The translations under genes and the position numbers were made by a program. From assembly GCF_000315625.1 (NCBI RefSeq), contig NW_005434584.1, forward strand, positions 1-64,000: a DNA stretch of 64,000 nt, in the 5' to 3' direction. Below the pieces are notes generated by a model that did no database searches, was not told the DNA's origin, and worked only from the letters and a program-made list of their open reading frames with translations. Positions 57,262 to 64,000 of the stretch are shown piece by piece (position 1 is the first letter of the stretch; each line of letters starts with the position of its first letter). Source of the DNA: Guillardia theta CCMP2712 (lineage: Eukaryota; Protista; Cryptophyta).

Positions 57262-60200
57262 ATTTGTTCTGATACAATGACGTGACTTGATCTGGTAAAA
57301 GAATTACCGGAGACCCAGTCAGCGGATTCCAGACTCAAGGCTGGAAGAAGAAACAACAACAAGCTACTCGAGCAGCCGCACAGCAAGTTGGGAACCAACT
57401 GCCGAACAAGGGCTCCGCGTACAACAAGCCCAAGTTTCAGGGGAAACCCAACGCAAAAAACTTCCGTCAGAAAAACCCCAACTGTTCCAATGAGAATAGC
57501 GGGAACTACCCAAAGTCAAAGTTCAAAAAGAACATGACGACTACGGGAGGCAATGATTTCATTGTGAATCTTGCTGAAGCGTTAAAGCAGGTCGCAAAAC
57601 GCGGCCATCATCTCGCTGAATCTAACGATTACAGCACAGATGAGGAAAATGAAGAAGAACAAATTTCGGAAGGCGATGAAGAGGCTCCAACGCCTCCAAG
57701 ACGCCTCCAAAAAAGATTTGCATACGAGAGCGAAATCACCGGAGTCGGTGGCCAGAAAGTCAACACATCCATGGGTGGTCTACTCGTAGGCAAGATGGAA
57801 TCTGTCACCAACAAATCATATGCTTTCGCGACCCTTGCAACAATCATCCAGGACAAGAACGCTGCCTGTTATTCATCACGGGAGCGTAGCAAAAGGAACT
57901 CACGGTATCATCACTGCAAACAAGGATTTCATACCATTCTAGTTTTGCCCTAAGACATATCTATGGTATGTCGAAATCAAACCGTCAGATGAACAAACTA
58001 ATCGACTCTTCTCGTCAACAAACTCAATACAATGGGATAAGAAATCCTTGCTACGAGAAATACAACAAGGAGAATTTCCTCTCAACTCTAAACCGCGATC
58101 AACAAACAAAAACACAGAAACTAAAAAAGAACGCAAGTACCTACTACACCAAGGTACCGAACTTGAAAACTCGCGCAGATGGGGAGGGAACAAAGTGTAC
58201 TACGAAGCTGCGAAAGCTTTCCAACCGACACCTATGAAATCCATACCCATAAGCATGCGGGAAACCGAAAGTGATCACTCCAGCTCAGAAGAAGAAAACC
58301 TTACTGAAGAGTCAAGGATAAGTGTAACACAAGATGCTATCGACAAACAGACCAAGGACTACTTCACAGATCCAAAATCATTCGCGGATATCGACGACTT
58401 CACGAATACAACGATGGAAGAATTGGATGAAAATGACAAAGAATACGAGGAGCAACTAAAACACGACAAGTCCGACCTCAAGGATATCTACCTCTATTCA
58501 ACAGGAGAAAGAATACGAGGAACTAAAGCCTCAGCTATCCTCCTGAAATGGCATATCAACACAACCCAACTTGCAGACAGAATTGACGGGATGGAGGAAC
58601 TGAGGAGACTCAGCAAAAAGACCCCACTACCAACTTGTCATACTTGTCGCAGAGCAAAAAGCAAAGCGGCTGCATTACCGAAATTCAAAGAAAAGAGATC
58701 TGACAGCCGGTTCCATCGACTTCATGGAGATATGAGCACATACCGACTAAGGTCCATCGAAGGAGCAAAATACCTGATGCTATGGAAGGACAGTTATAGC
58801 TCATTCAAAATGCCAGTCGGAATGTACAGCAAAAAAGGTTACAGAAAATCTCTACGTCTAGTCACACGCAGATACAACAACGGGGTCTTCCCCAAAGTTG
58901 TACGCGTAGACAACGGCGGTGAGATGACGTCGAAAAAATCTCTGAGAATGTACGAAAAGAACAACATCTACCTGGAACGGGCTGCACCCTATGAGCACTG
59001 GCAGAATGGCAGAGCAGAATCTGGGATCTATTCATTAGACACCAGAACCCGACTCGCCATAATCCACTCCAACGTGCCGAAGAACCTGTGGCTCAATGCA
59101 ATCTATTACAACGCTGAAATCGAAAATGCATTCTTATCTATGAGCAGAGGATCAGACATGAGCTGCTACGAAGCGTTCACAGGGAAAAGACCAAACGCGG
59201 AGAAATTTCACCCATTTGGATGCCTGTGCTATGTCCATGTGTTAAAAGACAGGAGATTAGCGCAAGGAAGAGACAAAAAGCTAGGACCTACAGCAGAAGT
59301 CTGTGTATTCCTTGGATTCGCCCACCATCTAGGAATGAAAGGATTCCTCGCAGCGTCCCTAAATGGCAAACAACTCTACGTCACAGAAAACAACATAAGC
59401 TTCAATGAAGAAGTGTTTCTTTATCGATTCTCACACCCTGAAGATAAGACATGGAAAATACCATTCGGAGCTTGCAACGATTTCGGAGACGACAATGTCA
59501 CCATACTCAATCGAGCAGGTGAACGGTTAACAGAGATGTCAGGATCATCAGACTCAGAAGAAGAGATGATAGATAAGTCACATCACAGAAACCGACGTAT
59601 GACAACAACTTACAAGAAATCACCGGCACCAACCTCCGATACGCTTCATCTTGAAGAAGACGATGACCTTCGACAGGACCCGAAAGTAATCGAGTTGGAC
59701 ACCCCGTTGGAGGTAGACAACCACTTGACAAGATCCTGCGAACAAACATCAGTCGTCAGAAAAAGCGAAATAGAAGAGGAACCAGTCATCGATGAAGGAT
59801 TATCATCCCTCAACAAAGAGCTGGCAAGCCTTCAAGTTGAGACCCATAATAGCGGAGAAAAGGATTTCAGATGGGATTTAATCCCCGGGATACCTAAGAA
59901 TCAACTACGGTCAGGAAAAATAATCAACAAAGACACCGAACAATCTGGTGACTCCGACAATGAATTACCTGGAGGCCTAGAAGAATTCGCAACCTCCGAC
60001 TATGTGCGGCGTACCATACCAATTCCAGGCATCATCGAAAATGCAATTCTGCGGTGTCATGGTCGATTGCTTCAACACGTCTAGACATACAACTGCCAGG
60101 GTGGTCACACGGACCAGCACAGAGAAATATCTACGACGAAAACCACTACAACCAAGAAATCGATACATTGATGTCATTCCTTCGAGAATGCAAGAAAGAT

Positions 60201-61596
60201 GAGAAAAGAGAATCCTCAAGTATAAAGCACGAGCTATTATCCAAGGATACAACGCAGTACAAGGCACCGATTACCTGGACTCGTTCTCTGCCACAGCAAA
60301 CCCCGTCACAATCAGACTTCTCTTGATTGTAGCTCGAGCAAAAGGATGGCGTATCCGCTGTCAAGATATACCTACAGCATACCTCACAGCTTTCTTACCC
60401 ACCGAAGTATACATCAGGACGCCGAAAGAATTCCAAGAGTTCTGCAACATCCATTCAAAATTCCTCAAGATACTCAAATCAGTATATGGTTTACCAAGCA
60501 GCGGGCGAAATTTCTGGAAGAAGCTATGTCAAGACCTTCGCGAATATGGCTTCACGCCATGTACAGCAGTCGATTGCCTCTTCTTGTATCGTGACAAACG
60601 AGGGGGAGAAATCATAGTCGCGCTGGTGGTCGATGACATAATTCAAGCAAGCAACGACGAAAATCTTTTCACATCATTCGATGAATTCATGAACAACACA
60701 AAAAGATACAACACAACAACAGACAATGATTTGAGCTTCTATTTGGGAGTTGCCTACACCAAAGATTCAGCCGACAACCTTGTCAGCAATCAACAAGCTT
60801 ACATCGAAAAGTGTTTGCACAGATTCAACCTAGATGGGATAGACCCAACTGGCAAAATCACAACCCCAATGGACCCAAAGTTCACAATTGAACCAGAAGA
60901 TATCGACGAACATGCACCTGAAGACCTTGTCAAGTTGTACAGAAGCCAAGTTGCTAGTTTGATCTACATCGCAGCATGGACACGACCGGAAATAAGCTAC
61001 GCCGTATCACAACTGTTAACGGCAGTACACAGAGTTTATGCTTACCTCAAAGGCACAAAAAACTTACTGATCAAGATAGCGCTGGACACAACAAGATGCA
61101 CTTGATCGCCTATTGTGACAGTTCAGACGCAGACTGCAAGATTACGAGCAGATCTACCGGCGGATATGTCATTTTCCTCAACGGAGTACCAGTATCATGG
61201 AAATCTGCAAGGCACAATATCGTTTCGTTATCCACCATGGAGAGCGAATACGTACAATGCACCTTGACAGCAATCGAGATTCTGTACTTACGTGCAACAC
61301 TCGAATTCATGGGATACAAGCAGAAGACAACCATATGCTATCAAGACAATGCTGCTTGCATCAAGTTGAGCGAGAATCCTGTGCACAAAAGTCGATCCAA
61401 ACATATCAAACGACGCTGGCACTTTATCAGAGAATGCGTCGCAAGGAAAGAAATTACCCTGGAACCCATCAATACGAATGAACAGATAGCGGATATCTTC
61501 ACGAAACCGTTACCTGTGGATCAATTCCTTTATTTAAGAGACCAACTCTTAAATATCCCTGAAAGCGAACGCTATCAGCGAAAGAACAAAAGATGA
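57262..61596 (+). mobile_element. Ty1/copia LTR retrotransposon, decayed (frameshifts, internal deletions, no LTR pair seen)
   Basis: Order IN-RT-RH: CHTCRRAK, RLHGD, VRVDNGGEM, WQNGRAE, HPFGCLCYVHV; QDIPTAYL, LKSVYGLPSSGRNF, LVVDDII; AYCDS, STMESEY, YQDNAAC, KHIKRRWHFIRE, QIADIFTKPL. Confidence 0.93.
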
Positions 61597-61785
61597 TATT
61601 CACAAAGAAACCTATCTTTCTTAGGTAACTTTGATGAAAATAAATCACAATGAAAACACAAATTTACCTCACTTTTGAGAATGATGTAACTATGCTTTGG
61701 GAACAAGCTACACTCTCAAATCAAAGCGGAATGATGATAGTTTCTGAAACAACTGCACCACGAACACTGTTTGGCATTCCTGAAA

Positions 61786-61874
61786 GTTAACTTTCAGCGA
61801 ATAGTTATACTTTCAGCGAATAGTTATACTTCAAATATGTTACTTTCAGCGAATAGTTATACTTCAAATATGTT
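61786..61874. repeat. Short tandem repeat (actttcagcgaatagttat x3) downstream of copia pol
   Basis: Directly visible. Confidence 0.85.
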
Positions 61875-61999
61875 TCACGCACTTCTTATCACACGTACCC
61901 GAAACGTAATGATGAGAAACGATGAGACATGTGTGGAAACCTCGTGATCTGTTCACTTGGAGAGCTTTGAAGGCTAGTATGAGCAAAGATCTCGAACTT

Positions 62000-62324
62000 C
62001 TTGGTACCTGTTTCCTGCCATTTCACGTATCGTTGGGTCCGCGAGCGATCCTCGTACTCACTATCTCAATTTTTTAGTTGACAGCAAAATTTACTATGAT
62101 GTGTTGCCATACGGTTGTGTGGTCATTTGTATGGTAAATATGGTAACATGTATCTGTAAGGTGACGAATCTGATGTGTACCAGGACCAAGGGTATCATAG
62201 TAAATTTTGCTGTCAACTAAAAAATTGAGATAGTCAGTACGAGGATCGCTCCCGGACCCACCGGTACGAAAAATGGCAGAGATACAGGTACCAAGGGGTC
62301 CTGGTACAGATTCGTAACCTTACA
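62000..62324. repeat. Interleaved inverted repeats: A 62000-62100 / A' 62194-62295 and B 62155-62187 / B' 62297-62324
   Basis: ctatctcaattttttagttgacagcaaaatttactatgat is the perfect reverse complement of atcatagtaaattttgctgtcaactaaaaaattgagatag; the outer parts pair imperfectly. Confidence 0.9.
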
Positions 62325-62809
62325 ATTATGGGTAGGAGGTTTCTTCCGGATCATATTATTATGTATCCGATTTTCGGGTTGTACCAGAATTTATGAAAGT
62401 TTATAGTTCGCAATAAATTTCCCATAAAATTGCGCAATGGCTTCAGAAGAGGATGAAAGACGGTGCTGTGAGCGATTCTGAGTAGATGAGAGCATTCTTT
62501 TCCTCTTTACATCATAGCTAGCCATATGACAATGGATGTATGATGTACATAATTTTTATGGCGCAATCCCTATATATCTGTTGCTGTCCTTTTAGGGTTA
62601 TAGGGTTGCGCGCAGTAATAAAATTCATAAAAGTAGTTATTAAGCACGCAACTTGATATAGTTATATAATGTACGGGGTACTTTTCCATGCAAAATCAAG
62701 GACCGGTAGTATACAAGTTATCTAACATGACGTTCCTAGGATACGTGCGTCAAAGATTGCGCTGAAATAATTTGTACCAGGAAAAAGTTAAGTAAAGTAT
62801 TGTTGGTGT

Positions 62810-63934
62810 ATGCGAACAGTTGAACGTAAAACCACCCCACTGACCGAAAATGGATTGCGTCTGGGGACAGAGACAGCGGACAATGCAAGTAGTGTAGCCT
62901 CTTTCACGAGGGATGTGTCTACTAACAGAACAGACCGAGATATACATGCGTATGATGCGATGAGGAACAAACGAATCGCTGAGAGCACTCAGAAGGTATA
63001 TCGTTACAAAATTCTAAAACTCGTCGATATCCTCCGAAAGAAAGCGAAGCGCGCTCAAAGAGCTCAAAGAGCAGGCGAGTCCAACGAGTATGAAATATAC
63101 TTAAACGCTTAGAATGAGTCTGGACAATTGAATTTACCACTTTCATGGATGGCAGTTAAGGGATTGTTCGGCTATTTGACAAGAAGTACCGGTATGACAA
63201 AGAGAAGGAAGAGGAGGCGAGGGCAACATGGCGACATAGACGCCGATGACGACAGTAGCGACGAGAGTGACTCCGATGACGGTGAGCACATGGTAGAGGA
63301 AGCATCGAGCTCCACTGCCAACAATGTCAAACATCAGACGTTGTCTGTTGGCGCATTACAAGGATAAAAGAGCGCATTGAAGGACTTTTATTTCGAGCAC
63401 AATCAGGAATTTCACAGCGATAGGGGTAAAAGGAAATGACTGGGATGACTTTAGACCAGAACTTGGATAAAATCATCCAAGCATATGCGAAACATGTCAC
63501 TGAGAAAAAAGTCAATGGAGAGATGCGTATAAAAGAAGGCAAGAATTTGTTGACGGTGCAAGGATACTTGGAAGTATGCAAAAAGGGAAGAAATCAACAT
63601 GCTGCGAGAAGAGTTGAAGGTTGGAATAACGAAGATACCTGAAGCTGTGACAGAAACAATCCTAAAGAAAATCGAAATCAATGGTGTTGTACCTGTACAG
63701 AGAGATGATATAAAGGAATTGGAGCAACGACTGAACGAGTCTATTCAAGAATTGTCTCGACGCATTGAACAAATGTTCCAGTACAGGCGAAGTACGGGTG
63801 GATGTGACAGATCGGCAGGCATGACCTCGGAGTCGTCAGGTGGCGGCGGCAGTGGGCATGACATGACCTGGGGTGTTGGCACGGACTCATCAGTACAAGG
63901 GGCCCGGGGATTTGTTCAAGTGGGACACAGGTGA
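62810..63934 (+). mobile_element. Crypton-like (tyrosine recombinase) transposon remnant; catalytic domain apparently deleted at about 63590
   Basis: IAESTQKVYRYKI, LNLPLS, ALQG*KSALKDFY, AYAKHVTEKKVNGEMRIKEGKNLLTVQGYLEVC, then KIPEAVTETILKKIEINGVVPV. These resemble the N- and C-terminal parts of stramenopile CryptonS-type proteins as I recall them. Confidence 0.55.
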
Positions 63935-64000
63935 AATCTGTATGGCTCCTCAAAATTACGATTTTGTGCAGAAGGTAGACTGTAAGAACCTGTGTCAACG

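Noticed and set aside
57240-62000. LTR pair, PBS and PPT for the copia element
   Set aside because: No matching direct repeats found by eye on either side; the 5' end appears truncated.
62590-62607. tttagggttatagggtt as a telomere
   Set aside because: Only about two imperfect units, internal, and part of a small inverted repeat.

Overview
Eukaryotic nuclear DNA, most likely from a microalga or protist. A cryptophyte (Guillardia-like) host is my inference from a 44-nt GT-AG intron and the repeat-protein types; it is not proven. The window is a rearranged, TE-rich accessory region dominated by cell-surface and glycan genes. In order it contains: (1) a Dualen/RandI-like non-LTR retrotransposon with both APE and restriction-like endonucleases (1-6760). 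(2) A Ty3/gypsy pol split near its RT catalytic region by a circularly permuted glycosyltransferase + lectin cassette; a second, differently permuted copy of the cassette lies in inverted orientation (6755-14620, with two N gaps in the centre). (3) A compact, apparently intron-free cluster of Golgi-type glycan enzymes: GT54-like, sulfotransferase-like + GT2, PLOD-like GT + GT90/CAP10, GT61 and a membrane-anchored SAM methyltransferase. Two of these share a Cys-rich stem module I do not recognise. (4) 18-aa Cys/His repeat genes. (5) A mosaic of duplicated fragments and pseudogenes with microhomology-bounded deletions and a micro-inversion. (6) An ~11.5-kb frameshifted type I membrane protein gene built from phage-structural-protein-like repeats plus an SRCR domain. 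(7) A decayed Ty1/copia element and a Crypton-like tyrosine recombinase remnant preceded by interleaved inverted repeats. No rRNA, tRNA or CRISPR array was seen. All family calls are from motif recognition by eye; no searches were run.
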